The notes under the pieces are model-generated. The model did no database searches, was not told the origin of the DNA, and saw only the letters and a program-made list of their open reading frames with translations. Below, piece after piece: positions 36,062 to 47,839 of a stretch of 64,000 nucleotides of DNA; positions within the stretch are counted from its first letter, which is position 1, and every line of letters begins with the position of its first letter. Position numbers and translations under genes: made by a program. The DNA comes from Myxococcota bacterium (GTDB lineage Bacteria > Myxococcota_A > UBA796 > UBA2385), in contig JBIJDH010000011.1 in NCBI GenBank assembly GCA_044344255.1, positions 64,001-128,000 on the forward strand, given 5' to 3'.

Positions 36062-37759
36062 TCAGGCCCCGGCCTTGGGGAGGTCTCGTAAGAAGCGCAC
36101 ACCCTTCCAGGGCTCCATCGCGAGGCCGCAGAGCAGGCCGCCCATCATCGCCCCCATGATGCCGCAGGTGCTGACATCCCCACCCGAGAGGTAGAGCCCG
36201 GGGATGGGAGAGGCGGGGCGGAGCCAGGGGTCAGCGAAGCGGTCCGGCGTGGCGGCGAGGCCGTAGATGCTGCCGCGATAGGGCCGCACGAAGAGCTCGG
36301 TGCTCAGCGGGGTAGCGAGCTCGGCGTGGTCGAGCAGGCCTCGGAGCCCGGGCAGGCGCTCCCACAAGACCTCGAGCATGGCCTCCGTCATCTGCCGCTT
36401 GAACACCTCGTAATCGGCGCCGCGCTTGCGCCAGGGGGTGCCGGCCCACCGAGAGAAGGTGTCATAGGGCACGAAGGTGACGATCTCACCGGTGTGGCGC
36501 TCCCCGGGCCCGGGCTGATGCTCGGGGTCCTTCAGGCTCGGGAAGGAGGTGAAGAGGATCGCCGGGCGCGGCTGCACAGAGAGGCTGGGATCGACCGGCC
36601 AGGTGCTCTCGGCGTGGGACCACGTCTGGTAATACCACTGGCTGGCAGCGGTGGCGCCAGCGGCGCGGATGTCTCCCTTGAAGCCGAGGTAGAGGCAGAC
36701 GTGGGCCGCGGAGGCCCGATGGCCGGCCAAGGAGCGCGCCCACCCCTGCTCGCGGAGCTCGGGGGGCAAGAGCTTGTGGACAGTGGGCTCGGCGCCGATC
36801 GCGCTCACGACGCGCTCGGCGTCGATCTGCTCCCCGTCTTTCATCCGCACGCCCACCGCGCGGCCGCCCTCGACGCGGAGCTGGGCGACGTCGGCGCAGA
36901 TTCGGGTCCAGCCGCCGGCGTCGGCCACCGTCTGCAGCAGGGCGGGGGCGATCTGCTGCGCCCCGCCGACTGGATAATAGCCGCCATAGAAGAAGTGGCG
37001 TGAGGTGAGGGCCTGCATCGCCCAGCTCGCTTCGGCGGGCGGAGAGCCGTGGTAGCCCCACTGCGCGAGCAGCACCACCCGCAGGCGGGGGTCGCGGACG
37101 TGGCGGTGGACCACGGCCTCCGCCGTCACCGCCATCGCCTCGCGGGCCGGGCGGTCGATCACCCCGCCCAGCCAGCGCGCCAGCCGGCCGGGGAGGGCGC
37201 GGCCGAGGTACCAGCCCCGCATCGCCCGCACGGTGCCCCGAATGTCGGCCATGTAGGCGTCGATGCCCGCGGACTCACTCGGGAAGGCCTCCTTCAAGAC
37301 CCGGACGAACTCCTCGGGCCGGTCGGGGAAGCCGATGGAGAAGCCGTCGGGGAAGTGGAAGGTGTCATAGACCGCCCCCACCGATGTCCAGCGCAGGCGG
37401 TCGTCGGTCAGGGCCTTCAGCACCCGCCCCGTGATCGAGCGCTCGCTGGCCTCGCCGACGAGGTGGACGCCCACGTCCCAGCGGTGGCCCTTACGCCGAA
37501 AGCTGTGGGTGTACCCCCCAGGGACATAGTGCTGCTCCAGCACCAGCACCTTGCGCCCGAGCTTGGCGAGCAGCGCGGCGGTGGTCATGCCGCCCATGCC
37601 GGAGCCGACGACGATGTCATCCCAGCGCCGCCCGTCTGGAGCCCGCTTCGACCAGGGGCGCGGGCTCCGCCCCTCGTCGGAGCCAGGGGAGCTGCCGACC
37701 GGCGTGGAGGCGGGGGCAAGAGAGGCGGCGAGGGAGGCGGAGGCGTCTGGCGTGCTCAT
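36062..37759 (-). CDS. Phytoene desaturase / retinol saturase-like FAD oxidoreductase
   Basis: IVVGSGMGG, VLEQHYVPGGYTHSF, WDVGVH, YYPVGG, ATPLS and GLYLSGGD. Confidence 0.9.
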   Translation of the reverse strand: MSTPDASASLAASLAPASTPVGSSPGSDEGRSPRPWSKRAPDGRRWDDIVVGSGMGGMTTAALLAKLGRKVLVLEQHYVPGGYTHSFRRKGHRWDVGVHLVGEASERSITGRVLKALTDDRLRWTSVGAVYDTFHFPDGFSIGFPDRPEEFVRVLKEAFPSESAGIDAYMADIRGTVRAMRGWYLGRALPGRLARWLGGVIDRPAREAMAVTAEAVVHRHVRDPRLRVVLLAQWGYHGSPPAEASWAMQALTSRHFFYGGYYPVGGAQQIAPALLQTVADAGGWTRICADVAQLRVEGGRAVGVRMKDGEQIDAERVVSAIGAEPTVHKLLPPELREQGWARSLAGHRASAAHVCLYLGFKGDIRAAGATAASQWYYQTWSHAESTWPVDPSLSVQPRPAILFTSFPSLKDPEHQPGPGERHTGEIVTFVPYDTFSRWAGTPWRKRGADYEVFKRQMTEAMLEVLWERLPGLRGLLDHAELATPLSTELFVRPYRGSIYGLAATPDRFADPWLRPASPIPGLYLSGGDVSTCGIMGAMMGGLLCGLAMEPWKGVRFLRDLPKAGA

Positions 37760-37935
37760 CGGCCCTACTAACGCCCGATCTCCGCCCCCTCCAACCCGCC
37801 GTTCAGGGCGAGATGTCGATCTTGGTGTCGTACCGGTCTGTGCGGGTGGGTGAGCGCTCTGTCGTCGGCGCTCTCGGTGCAAAACACACCCACAGCCGCC
37901 GCAGCCGCCACGGCCAGCGAGCGCGAGGAGGGCCG

Positions 37936-38283
37936 TCAGCCGAGCAGGGCCTCGAGGCGCTCAGGCCTGTGGCCCACCGACCAAGGGAGGCCGTCCCGCT
38001 CCAGCACCGGGCGCTTGATGAGCATCGGGTCGCGCTGGAAGGCGACAATCCAGTCGGCGTCGCTCCAGGCGTCCTTCTCAACGCCCAACGCCCGGTAGGA
38101 GCCGCCGCTCGTGTTCTTCATCGCCTGGACGCCAAAGGCGGAGACCCAGGCCTGTACGCGCTCCATCGACGGGGGCGTCGCCCGCAGGTCGACCCAGGCG
38201 TGGGCCAGGCCTTGGGCGTCGAGCCAGGCGCGGACCTTCTTCACGGTGCCGCAGGTGGGGATGCCATACACGGTGAGGTTCAT
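37936..38283 (-). CDS. ArsC/Spx/YffB-family protein
   Basis: VYGIPTCGTVKKVRAWL...DPMLIKRPVL. Confidence 0.92.
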   Translation of the reverse strand: MNLTVYGIPTCGTVKKVRAWLDAQGLAHAWVDLRATPPSMERVQAWVSAFGVQAMKNTSGGSYRALGVEKDAWSDADWIVAFQRDPMLIKRPVLERDGLPWSVGHRPERLEALLG

Positions 38284-38367
38284 CTTCGCTCCGAGGGGTG
38301 GCCTCGCCTATCTCGCGAAGGCCCCGGCGGGCCTCGCGCCGTCGGGAGACCTCGTTAAGCCCTCGGC

Positions 38368-39825
38368 ATGCTGCTCATCTCCCTCCTCGTCGCCTGCGCC
38401 TCCCTCGAGTGTGGACCCGGAACCAAGGAGCGCGACGGCGCCTGTTACCCCGCCGACGACGTCACGGTCATCCAATCCGACAGCGGTCTGACCGCCTCGG
38501 ACAGCGGCGCCGACGGCAGCGACGGCGGCGACGGTGGTGATGGCAGCGACGGCAGCGACGGCGGGGGAGACTCCGGAGACACCGGAGGCGACACCGCCAC
38601 GCCCGCCCCCGTGCTCCAGGTCTACATCCTGGCCGGACAGTCGAATATGGACGGTTACGCCTGGTATCCCGGGCTCACCCCCTCCGAGCAGCTCGCCGAT
38701 CCCCGGGTGCCGCTCTACTGGTCCGGCTGGGGTGAGTTCCGCGACCTCCAGGCCGCGAGCTACGGCGGCACCTTCAATGTCGGCCCCGAGGTCACCTTCG
38801 GGCGGAGCATGGCCGACGCCGGCCGCACCGTGGCCCTCGTCAAGCACGCCGTCGGCGGCACCGACCTTGCGAATTACTGGTACCCCGGTGTAACGCCGGG
38901 AGACGCGAGCGCGGGGCCCGGCTTCGCCGTCCTCCTGGACAGCATGGAGGCCGCCGCCAGCGCCCTCGACACCGCGGGTGAGCCCTGGGCGTGGGCGGGC
39001 TTCTTGTGGATGCAGGGGGAGTCGGACGCCCTGAGCGAGCCCTCCGCCCTCGCCTACGAGGAGAACCTCGCCGGCCTCATCGCCGCGATGCGCGCGGTCA
39101 CCGGCGAGCCCACGCTGCCGATCGCGCTGGGGCTCATCTCCCGCGAGTCGATCTGGACCTACGCCGACACGGTGCGGGCCGCCGACCTCGCCGTCGCCGC
39201 CGCCGACCCGCACGTCTTCACGCTCGAGACCGACGACCTCCCGCGTAAGGTCGCCGACCTCGCCCACTACGACGGCATCAGCAACCGCATCCTCGGCCGG
39301 CGCTTCGCCCGCGCCCTCCTCGAAGAGGCGAGCGTGCCCGCCGGCGACGACGCCCCCACCGCCGCCTTCACCTTCAGCGCCGGCTCCAGCGACTACGACT
39401 TCACCGGCACCTGCGGCTGGGAGTTCAGCTTGTCCGCGCCGATCGAGGTCACCGACGTAGGGGCCTACGGAAGCACCTACTTGGGCACTCCCACCGACGT
39501 GGGCTTCTGGGACACGGCGGGTAACCTACTCTATCGGGTGACCGTCCCCTCCTGGCTGGAGGCGCCGGCCATCCCCCGCGGCTCGATATGGTACGTCGCC
39601 GTCGAGCCCTTCCGCCTCGAGCCCGGCACCTACCGCATCGGCCTCGTCTCCTGGAGCGGAGACGCGGACCGCTACTTGAACGACGTCACCGGATCCTTCG
39701 CCCCCGCGCTCACCTACACCGCCGCGGTCTACACCGAGGGCTACTGGCTCGGATTCCCCTCGGTGAGCATCGCCACGACGACGATGAGCTTCCTCGGCCC
39801 CAGCTTCTTGTTCGTCGAGGGCTGA
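38368..39825 (+). CDS. Secreted sialate O-acetylesterase (SGNH, SASA/DUF303-type) with an acidic DG linker and a C-terminal beta-sandwich
   Basis: VYILAGQSNM, KHAVGGT, WMQGESDA and DLAHY (DxxH). Confidence 0.87.
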   Translation: MLLISLLVACASLECGPGTKERDGACYPADDVTVIQSDSGLTASDSGADGSDGGDGGDGSDGSDGGGDSGDTGGDTATPAPVLQVYILAGQSNMDGYAWYPGLTPSEQLADPRVPLYWSGWGEFRDLQAASYGGTFNVGPEVTFGRSMADAGRTVALVKHAVGGTDLANYWYPGVTPGDASAGPGFAVLLDSMEAAASALDTAGEPWAWAGFLWMQGESDALSEPSALAYEENLAGLIAAMRAVTGEPTLPIALGLISRESIWTYADTVRAADLAVAAADPHVFTLETDDLPRKVADLAHYDGISNRILGRRFARALLEEASVPAGDDAPTAAFTFSAGSSDYDFTGTCGWEFSLSAPIEVTDVGAYGSTYLGTPTDVGFWDTAGNLLYRVTVPSWLEAPAIPRGSIWYVAVEPFRLEPGTYRIGLVSWSGDADRYLNDVTGSFAPALTYTAAVYTEGYWLGFPSVSIATTTMSFLGPSFLFVEG

Positions 39826-39854
39826 GGCCGACCGACCGCGGGGGTCAGTCGGCC
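39826..39854 (-). terminator. Hairpin between convergent genes
   Basis: GGCCGACCGACC-GCGGG-GGTCAGTCGGCC. The single mismatch becomes a G-U pair on the minus-strand transcript. Confidence 0.55.
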
Positions 39855-39863
39855 GATCACGGC

Positions 39864-41354
<1,491 letters not shown>

Positions 41355-41535
41355 GGATTGTCCTAGGGTGGGGCCGCGCTGCGGTCCTCCGACCATGGAA
41401 CAACCATGGATCTTCGGGGTGCGTGTCCCCGGGCGCGCAGCTCGCCGCACGGGTAACACGTTCGGCGCCCCCGCCCTGGCCCGGCCTGTGACAGCTCTGG
41501 CTCGGCCGCCTCGAGGAGGGGCCCTCTCGTACCGC

Positions 41536-43356
41536 TCAGCTCTCCAGCACGCCGGCGACCACGAGGATGGCGATCAGGATGCCCACGAGGCTCTCCCCGG
41601 CGATGAAGCCCGAGCTCACGGGCACGATGCTCTCGTCGGCGAGCCGCTTGTTTCGGGCCTCCAGCACGAGGGCGATGAGGGCGCCGATGAACATCGAGAT
41701 GGAGTTGTAGGCGGGCGCCGTAAACGCGAGGCCCAAGCCCGTGGCGGAGGGGATGTAGGGCCGAGCCGTGGGGAAGGCCTTCTCGAGGAGCACAAGGAGG
41801 ATGCCGAGCACGCCGCCCACCGCGAGCGCGAGCTGCGCCGATGGGTGGAGCGTGGAGAAGCCCTTCACGAGGAGCTCGGCCACGCCCTTCCAGGTCTGGG
41901 CGCCCGGCGCCGGCCACTTGTCGGTGCCCAGCTCGGCGGCGGTGGGGATGAGCAGGCGATAGGCCGGCACCACGAAGACCGAGCCCGCCATCACCCCCAG
42001 GAACTGCGCCCAGAACTGCTGCCGAGGGTCTGCCTTGAGGAGGTAGCCGCTCTTGAGGTCGGTCAGCAGGTCGGCGGAGTGCAAGGCCACACCGGCGGTG
42101 ACGTTGGCCGTCATCAGGTTCGTGGTGACGTTGCCTGGATCGAGCGCGCCGAAGGTGATCTGGGTGATCTTGCCGAGGGCACCCGTGGGGGTCGTGTCGG
42201 TCTCTCCTGTGGCCCGACAGGCCACGATGGCGATGAAGAAGCCCAGGATCACCGAGATCACGCCCATCCAGGGCTTGATGCCGAACAAGAAATACTCGAG
42301 GGCCACCACCACGGGCGTGAACAGGGCCAGCCCGGCGAAGAACCAGGTCATCGGCACCTGGGCGGAGTCGTCCGAGGGCTCCCCGCGAAAGGCCTTGCCG
42401 ACCGACTGGATGGCGCGGAGGACGGTGCGCCACTGGAACGAGAAGGCGAGCAGGCCGCTCGTCAGGATCATCGAGGAGCCGAACCAGACGCTCCAGGCCA
42501 CGATGGTCTTGTACCCAAGCTTCTCGCCCAAGATCCCCCGCTCGTAGAGCATCGGGGCGAGGACGCCGAAATTGATGAGCGCGCCGAGGAGCAGGCTCCA
42601 GGCGGCGCGGAAGCCCATCAGCGCCCCGCCGGCCACCATCAGCAGGCTACCCTCGAGGGCCAGCGTGTAGTCGAGCAGCGGCCGCCCCGCGAGCTTGACG
42701 CCGGGGAGCTCGATCTTCTCGGGGAGGTTGAAGGGCATCCACCCCGCGTGAGCGTCGCGGAAGAAGGCGATGACCGCGCCGATGAGGCCGGAGGCACCGA
42801 GCAGCCGCGCCTTCCCGTTGCCCGCCTCGCCGCCGTGCAGCGCCTGGAGCGTCTCGGCGGCGGCGACCCCGGTGGGGAAGCGGAGCTGCTCGACGTCGAT
42901 CATCTGCTGCTTCATCGGGATGGCCATCACCACCCCGAGCATCGCGATGGCCGAGATCCAAGCGAACATCTGCCAGCCGCCCATCGGCTCGCCCGTGATC
43001 ATCATCAGGGCGGGGATCGCGGCCACCGTGCCTCCGCCCGTCATGTAGCCGGCGGCGCTGGCCACAGACTGCATCGCGTTGTTCTCGAGCAGGCCGAACT
43101 CGCGCTTCGCGGCGCCGATCCTATGCAGCACCGCGAAGATCGCGAAGGCGAGGATCCCCGCCGTGATGCTCACCCCGAAGCTCCAGCCCGTCTTCAGCAC
43201 GATGAAGAGGTTCGACAGGCTCATTACGCCACCGAGCAACATCCCGGCGATCGCGGCGCGCACCGTGAGCTGCGGGCCGCGGTCATCGTGGAGAGACGCG
43301 GGGGGACCACCATCCACGAGCGCGGAGGCGGGAGAGGGGGCGCTCGAGAGGCTCAA
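41536..43356 (-). CDS. OPT-family oligopeptide transporter
   Basis: PQLTVRA, LENNAMQSVASAAG, LRFPTGVAAAE, GETDTTP, DLKSGYLL, PAPGAQTW and SGFIAGESL. Confidence 0.93.
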   Translation of the reverse strand: MSLSSAPSPASALVDGGPPASLHDDRGPQLTVRAAIAGMLLGGVMSLSNLFIVLKTGWSFGVSITAGILAFAIFAVLHRIGAAKREFGLLENNAMQSVASAAGYMTGGGTVAAIPALMMITGEPMGGWQMFAWISAIAMLGVVMAIPMKQQMIDVEQLRFPTGVAAAETLQALHGGEAGNGKARLLGASGLIGAVIAFFRDAHAGWMPFNLPEKIELPGVKLAGRPLLDYTLALEGSLLMVAGGALMGFRAAWSLLLGALINFGVLAPMLYERGILGEKLGYKTIVAWSVWFGSSMILTSGLLAFSFQWRTVLRAIQSVGKAFRGEPSDDSAQVPMTWFFAGLALFTPVVVALEYFLFGIKPWMGVISVILGFFIAIVACRATGETDTTPTGALGKITQITFGALDPGNVTTNLMTANVTAGVALHSADLLTDLKSGYLLKADPRQQFWAQFLGVMAGSVFVVPAYRLLIPTAAELGTDKWPAPGAQTWKGVAELLVKGFSTLHPSAQLALAVGGVLGILLVLLEKAFPTARPYIPSATGLGLAFTAPAYNSISMFIGALIALVLEARNKRLADESIVPVSSGFIAGESLVGILIAILVVAGVLES

Positions 43357-43464
43357 TGGGGGACCCTGCGGCGGAGGGGTGGGGCACGACGGGCGGCATC
43401 CTACACCGCGTTATGGCCCGCTGGCGGCAGCCAACCACCTCGAAGCTCGCAGACGGGGGCATCT

Positions 43465-45960
43465 GTGCCCGACATCCCCTCACCGACCCTGGACCTCCAG
43501 GGTGACACAGAAGAGCTCTTCACCCGAGATCGGCCGGGCGACCCCATCACCGAGCCGGCCTCCAGCGCCATCGCCCCGGTGGTCTCTCCCTGCGCCGTGC
43601 TGCCCGACGCCGCGCGCTACGAGGACTGGGGAAGCATCGCCCGCGGCGGGATGGGCGAGGTCCGCCGGATCTTCGATCGACGCCTCGAGCGCAGCCTGGT
43701 GCTCAAGTGCATGCTGCCGGGCCTGGCGCGGGTCCCAGCGGCGCGGTCGCGCTTTCGGACGGAGTCCCTCATCACCGCGGGGCTCCAGCACCCCTCCATC
43801 GTCAGCGTCTTCGACTGCGGCGAGCTCCCCGACGGGCGCCTCTGGTACACGATGCAGGAGCTCTCCGGCGCGCGCAGCCTCGCCGAGGTGCTCCGCGGGC
43901 CGGATCGACCCCGAGCCCTCCCGGCCTTCCTCTCTGTCGTGAGCGCGCTCGCCCACGCCCACTCCCGCGGGGTCATCCACCGTGACCTCAAGCCCGACAA
44001 CGTCCTGCTCGGCGACTGGGAGGAGGTGCTCGTCATCGACTGGGGCATCGCGAGGCGACAGGCGGCTCCGGAGGCGAAGCTGGTCCTGTCCGAGGCCGAC
44101 GGCGGCACGCAGCTCGGCGCCTGCCTCGGCACTCCGCCCTATCTGTCTCCGGAGCAGGCCAACGGGCAGGTGGAGCACCACGGGCCCTGGAGCGACGTCT
44201 GGTCACTCGGGGTGATGTTGTTCGAGGTCCTCACCGGACAGACCCCCTATCCGCGCAGCATGGCCAGCCTGTACGATCTGCGGGCCGGGCGTCCGCCCCT
44301 GGACATCACCACCACCGAGCGCAAAGAGGGAGGCCCCGTACCCCGCCCCCTCGCCGAGCTGGTGCTGTCCTGCTTGCGTGCGGATCCCGAGCGCCGGCCG
44401 CCGAGCGCCGCCGCGCTCCTCGAGCCCTTGCGGGCCTACCTCGAGGCCCAGGAGCGGCGGGCCCGCGCCCTCGAGCTGTGGGAGGCCGCCACCCGACAGG
44501 CCCAGGAGCCGGTGGAGGCGCGAGCGCGGGCGCACACCCTCGAGCGAGAGGCGCGGGCCCTGCTCGACCCCCTGCCCGCGCACGCGCCCGTCGAGGAGAA
44601 GCAGGTGGGCTGGCGCCTCGAGGACGCCGCCGCCGCCGAGCGCGAGGCGGCCGTGCTGGCGGAGGTGCGTCGGGAGCAGACCCTGCGCGCCGCGCTCGAG
44701 CTCGATCCCACGGTGCAGGAGGCCCACGAGGCCCTCGCGGACCTCTACCAGGCCCGCCTCGTGGAGGCCGAGGCCATCCCCGACCGGGTCGCCGCGACCC
44801 GGGCCGAGGCCCTGCTGCGCCAACATGACCGCGGGCGATACGCCCGTTGGTTACAAGGTGATGGCGCCTTCAGCCTCCACACCGATCCGTCGGGCGCGAC
44901 GGTGGCGGTCTATCGGTACGAGACGATCGACCGCCGCCTCGTCCCCGTAGACACCGGGCGCCGCCTGGTTACGCCGATCGCCGCCTTCGAGCTCCCGCGA
45001 GGGAGCTATCTCGCCCTCATCCACTCGCCCGGTCGGCCCCCCGTGCGATACCCCTTCGTCATCGGGCGGGGAGAACACTGGGATGGGATCCGCCCGGGTG
45101 AACGATCCCCGCTGGCCATCCCGGTCCCGGGAACGACCGAGCTCGGCCCCGACGACGTCTACGTGCCCCCCGGCTTCGCCTGGATCGGAGACCCTCTGGC
45201 CAACCTCGGGGAGGCCCGCCGGCGCCTCTGGATCGACGGCTTCATCATGCGGCGCCACCCGGTGACCAACGCCGAGTACCTCCGCTTCTTGGATGAGCTC
45301 GACGCCGCCGGGACCTCCGACGACCTCCTCGCCCTGATGCCCCGGGAGTCCGCAGGGCCGCTCGATCCCCTGGGCTCCTCCCCCTATGTCCGCAGGCCCG
45401 AGGGGGGCTTCACGACCCAGCCAGACAGCCAGGGGCACCACTGGCAGCTGGATCTGCCGGTGGTGCTAGTGACCTGGACCGCGGCGAGCCGCTGGTGCGC
45501 CGCCGAGGCGTCCCTCACCGGTCAACCCTGGCGACTCCCTTGGGAGCTGGAGCGAGAGAAGGCGGCGCGAGGAGTGGACGGGCGCACCTATCCGTGGGGC
45601 GAGCAGGGCGAGCCCACCTGGTTCCGCTGCCGTCAAGGGCAGACCGGGAGCCCTACCCCCGCCCCGGTCAGCGCCTATCCCGGAGACACCAGCCCCTATG
45701 AGCTCCGCGGCGCCGCCGGAAACATCCGGGACTGGTGCCTCGATCTCCGAAACCCCACCGAGCCCCACCGAGAGCGCGACGGGCTCTGGGCCCGCCCCCC
45801 GCTGCCCGACCCGGGCGATGAGTCCACCTGGCGGATGGGCCGAGGCGGCGGGTGGAGCCTCGGCCTGGAGTACGGCCGCTGCGGAACCCGAGCGGGCGCC
45901 CCCGCCGGCTTCCGGCACAGCGTCTTTGGATTTCGGGCGGCCCGGAGCTGGCCGACCTGA
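43465..45960 (+). CDS. Ser/Thr kinase - PEGA-like - FGE/SUMF1 protein, paralogue of 21768-24125
   Basis: IARGGMG, HRDLKPDN, IDWG and GTPPYLSPE, then WRLPWELEREKAARGVDGR.YPWG and RGGGW...FGFR. Start taken as GTG 43465, because the upstream part of the track ORF is antisense to the OPT gene. Confidence 0.92.
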   Translation: MPDIPSPTLDLQGDTEELFTRDRPGDPITEPASSAIAPVVSPCAVLPDAARYEDWGSIARGGMGEVRRIFDRRLERSLVLKCMLPGLARVPAARSRFRTESLITAGLQHPSIVSVFDCGELPDGRLWYTMQELSGARSLAEVLRGPDRPRALPAFLSVVSALAHAHSRGVIHRDLKPDNVLLGDWEEVLVIDWGIARRQAAPEAKLVLSEADGGTQLGACLGTPPYLSPEQANGQVEHHGPWSDVWSLGVMLFEVLTGQTPYPRSMASLYDLRAGRPPLDITTTERKEGGPVPRPLAELVLSCLRADPERRPPSAAALLEPLRAYLEAQERRARALELWEAATRQAQEPVEARARAHTLEREARALLDPLPAHAPVEEKQVGWRLEDAAAAEREAAVLAEVRREQTLRAALELDPTVQEAHEALADLYQARLVEAEAIPDRVAATRAEALLRQHDRGRYARWLQGDGAFSLHTDPSGATVAVYRYETIDRRLVPVDTGRRLVTPIAAFELPRGSYLALIHSPGRPPVRYPFVIGRGEHWDGIRPGERSPLAIPVPGTTELGPDDVYVPPGFAWIGDPLANLGEARRRLWIDGFIMRRHPVTNAEYLRFLDELDAAGTSDDLLALMPRESAGPLDPLGSSPYVRRPEGGFTTQPDSQGHHWQLDLPVVLVTWTAASRWCAAEASLTGQPWRLPWELEREKAARGVDGRTYPWGEQGEPTWFRCRQGQTGSPTPAPVSAYPGDTSPYELRGAAGNIRDWCLDLRNPTEPHRERDGLWARPPLPDPGDESTWRMGRGGGWSLGLEYGRCGTRAGAPAGFRHSVFGFRAARSWPT

Positions 45961-45984
45961 AAGGGGCCGCCTCCGCGCCGGCTA

Positions 45985-47286
45985 CTACCCGCCGAGGGTG
46001 ATGCTCCCCGTGTCCAGCTGCTCAACCGCCCAGCCCGCCGCGTTGTCCAGGGCCTCGAAGCTCAGCGTCCCGCCTCCCTTTCCGAAGCCGTTGTCCGGAC
46101 AGGACTCGGTGTCGGCGGTCGGATCGTTCGCGATGTCCGGCTCGTTGGCGAGGGCGGCGCCGCAGGGGTCAATGAAGCCGGAGCCGTCGACGATGTTCCA
46201 TGGGGCCGTGCAGCTCGTGCTCACCATCGCGTCGCCGCTCGAACTGCCCGTGAGCTTGACCTTGGGGAGGCCGACGCTTGGGTTGGCGCTGTCCCACCAC
46301 CGCATGGCCCCTTGCCGATAGATGACCCGGCTCGGGATGGTGATGCCCTTGGCCTGAAGCAGGGTGGGATCGGTCATCCACGTCGGCATGCTTGTGTAGG
46401 TGTTCGTGCTTTCATCCCACAAGAAGTCGGCCGGATTGTTCAAGAAGGCCTCGAAGGCCTTGGCCTCCGTAGAGCTGGCGTTCGCGTACTTCACTCCCAC
46501 ACCGAGGACAGAGACCTGGGCCGAGCCGTCGCAGTTCGTGAAGGTGAGGGCGGCGGGGCTGGTGCCGTGGCGCAGGGCGACGGCGATGGCGATCCAGAGA
46601 GAGTTGGAGTGGGGCCCGTTGGCGACGGGCCTCAGCATCACCCATTGGGCCCCGAGCGAGGCGAGCTCGGTGACCCGCGTGAGGGCGAGCGAGGTAGCGA
46701 CGCTCGAGAGCAGGGGATCGACGCCGCCCGTGTTCTCCGTGAGCTCCGGCAGATCTCCCGCTGGCGGCGGCGGGGGCGGTGTCGCCGCCCGCGCTTCGGA
46801 GCGGCGCGCCGCGGCGCCGAGGTTCACGAGGAGGTCCGCGCAGGCCTCCTGCACCGAGTAGTCCCCGCCGCCCAGGCTCCCGGAGAGGCTGCTGGACGAG
46901 AAGAAGCTCGTGTCGGAGAACAGGGGAGGCGGACAGTAGGTCGCGGTCGAAGGGGAGCACTCCACGCTCACCTCGCCCGGAAACAGCCCCCGGGAGCGGA
47001 GCTGACCCGCGAGCGCGGAGGCGACGGGCGTGGGCTCCACGTCGCCCATCTGCGCTTGCCACAGACCAAGTTCGTCCTCCGTCCAGAGCGACTCGCAGCT
47101 CACCTCGGGGTTCTCGCCCGTGTCTTCCGACTGTGGCTCCTCAATGGTCACGTCCGCCGCGTCCGGCATCAGGTGGATGCTCTCGATCTCGATGAGGTCC
47201 TCACTCGAGCTCGCCTTTCCGGCGCAGCCGAGGAGGGTGCAGCCGAGGAGGGGAGAGAGAGCGGCGAGGGAGATGAGAGGGCGCAA
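45985..47286 (-). CDS. Hypothetical lipoprotein
   Basis: AGGAG SD before TTG 47286 and a duplicated lipobox LLGC-T-LLGC. No recognisable domain. Confidence 0.65.
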   Translation of the reverse strand: MRPLISLAALSPLLGCTLLGCAGKASSSEDLIEIESIHLMPDAADVTIEEPQSEDTGENPEVSCESLWTEDELGLWQAQMGDVEPTPVASALAGQLRSRGLFPGEVSVECSPSTATYCPPPLFSDTSFFSSSSLSGSLGGGDYSVQEACADLLVNLGAAARRSEARAATPPPPPPAGDLPELTENTGGVDPLLSSVATSLALTRVTELASLGAQWVMLRPVANGPHSNSLWIAIAVALRHGTSPAALTFTNCDGSAQVSVLGVGVKYANASSTEAKAFEAFLNNPADFLWDESTNTYTSMPTWMTDPTLLQAKGITIPSRVIYRQGAMRWWDSANPSVGLPKVKLTGSSSGDAMVSTSCTAPWNIVDGSGFIDPCGAALANEPDIANDPTADTESCPDNGFGKGGGTLSFEALDNAAGWAVEQLDTGSITLGG

Positions 47287-47405
47287 GGGAACTCCTACCC
47301 CCGCGATGCAGCGGCGGGGGCGGCGATTATCCAGCCCCGACGACCGCCGCGTCAAGGCCCTGAGGACGGCCGAAGGCCACTTGTTGGCGAGCGTTCGCGT
47401 CGCCC

Positions 47406-47795
47406 TCAGACCAGCGCCTCGACCTCGGGGTCGAGGTAGAGGCCGTCGAGGGTGTCGCGGGCCCAGTCCACGCCGCGCTCGGCGAGGCGACGACAGAGGC
47501 GAACCGCGGTGAGCTGCACGGGCAGAGACTCGGCCCACACGCTCTCGACGAGGAAGCGCAGCTCGGCCGGCTCGACGCGGCGGCGCTTGTCTTCGATGGC
47601 GGCGGCGCAGCGCTCGCAGACCATCACGGCGCGGTCGAGCTCCGGCTCCTCGTGGGTCGGCTCCACCTCGATCACCTGCAGCGGGGCGGACTCCCGGCAG
47701 AGCTCACAGCGGTTCTTTGCGCGCCGCGACAGGTCTTTACCGAGCGCCGTCGCGGACGCTCGCCTGCCGTAGAATGTCTCGCGCGCGTTGGCCAT
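47406..47795 (-). CDS. PhnA-like zinc-ribbon protein
   Basis: LGKDLSRRAKNRCELC...VMVCERC...LRFLVESVWAE..PVQ. Confidence 0.8.
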   Translation of the reverse strand: MANARETFYGRRASATALGKDLSRRAKNRCELCRESAPLQVIEVEPTHEEPELDRAVMVCERCAAAIEDKRRRVEPAELRFLVESVWAESLPVQLTAVRLCRRLAERGVDWARDTLDGLYLDPEVEALV

Positions 47796-47839
47796 GGCGC
47801 GCCGTATCACGGCCGCGGCTTGCCCGGGCGGAGGCAGGC

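Noticed and set aside
41355..41535. Structured leader or riboswitch upstream of the DEAD-box helicase (CCATGG-N5-CCATGG)
   Set aside because: Only a short stem is visible, and I cannot match it to a known RNA family. An Infernal/Rfam search would be needed.
45780..45960. Diversity-generating retroelement targeting the FGE/C-type lectin C-termini
   Set aside because: There is no reverse transcriptase, and I found no near-identical template repeat differing at adenines within the window. A remote DGR cannot be excluded.
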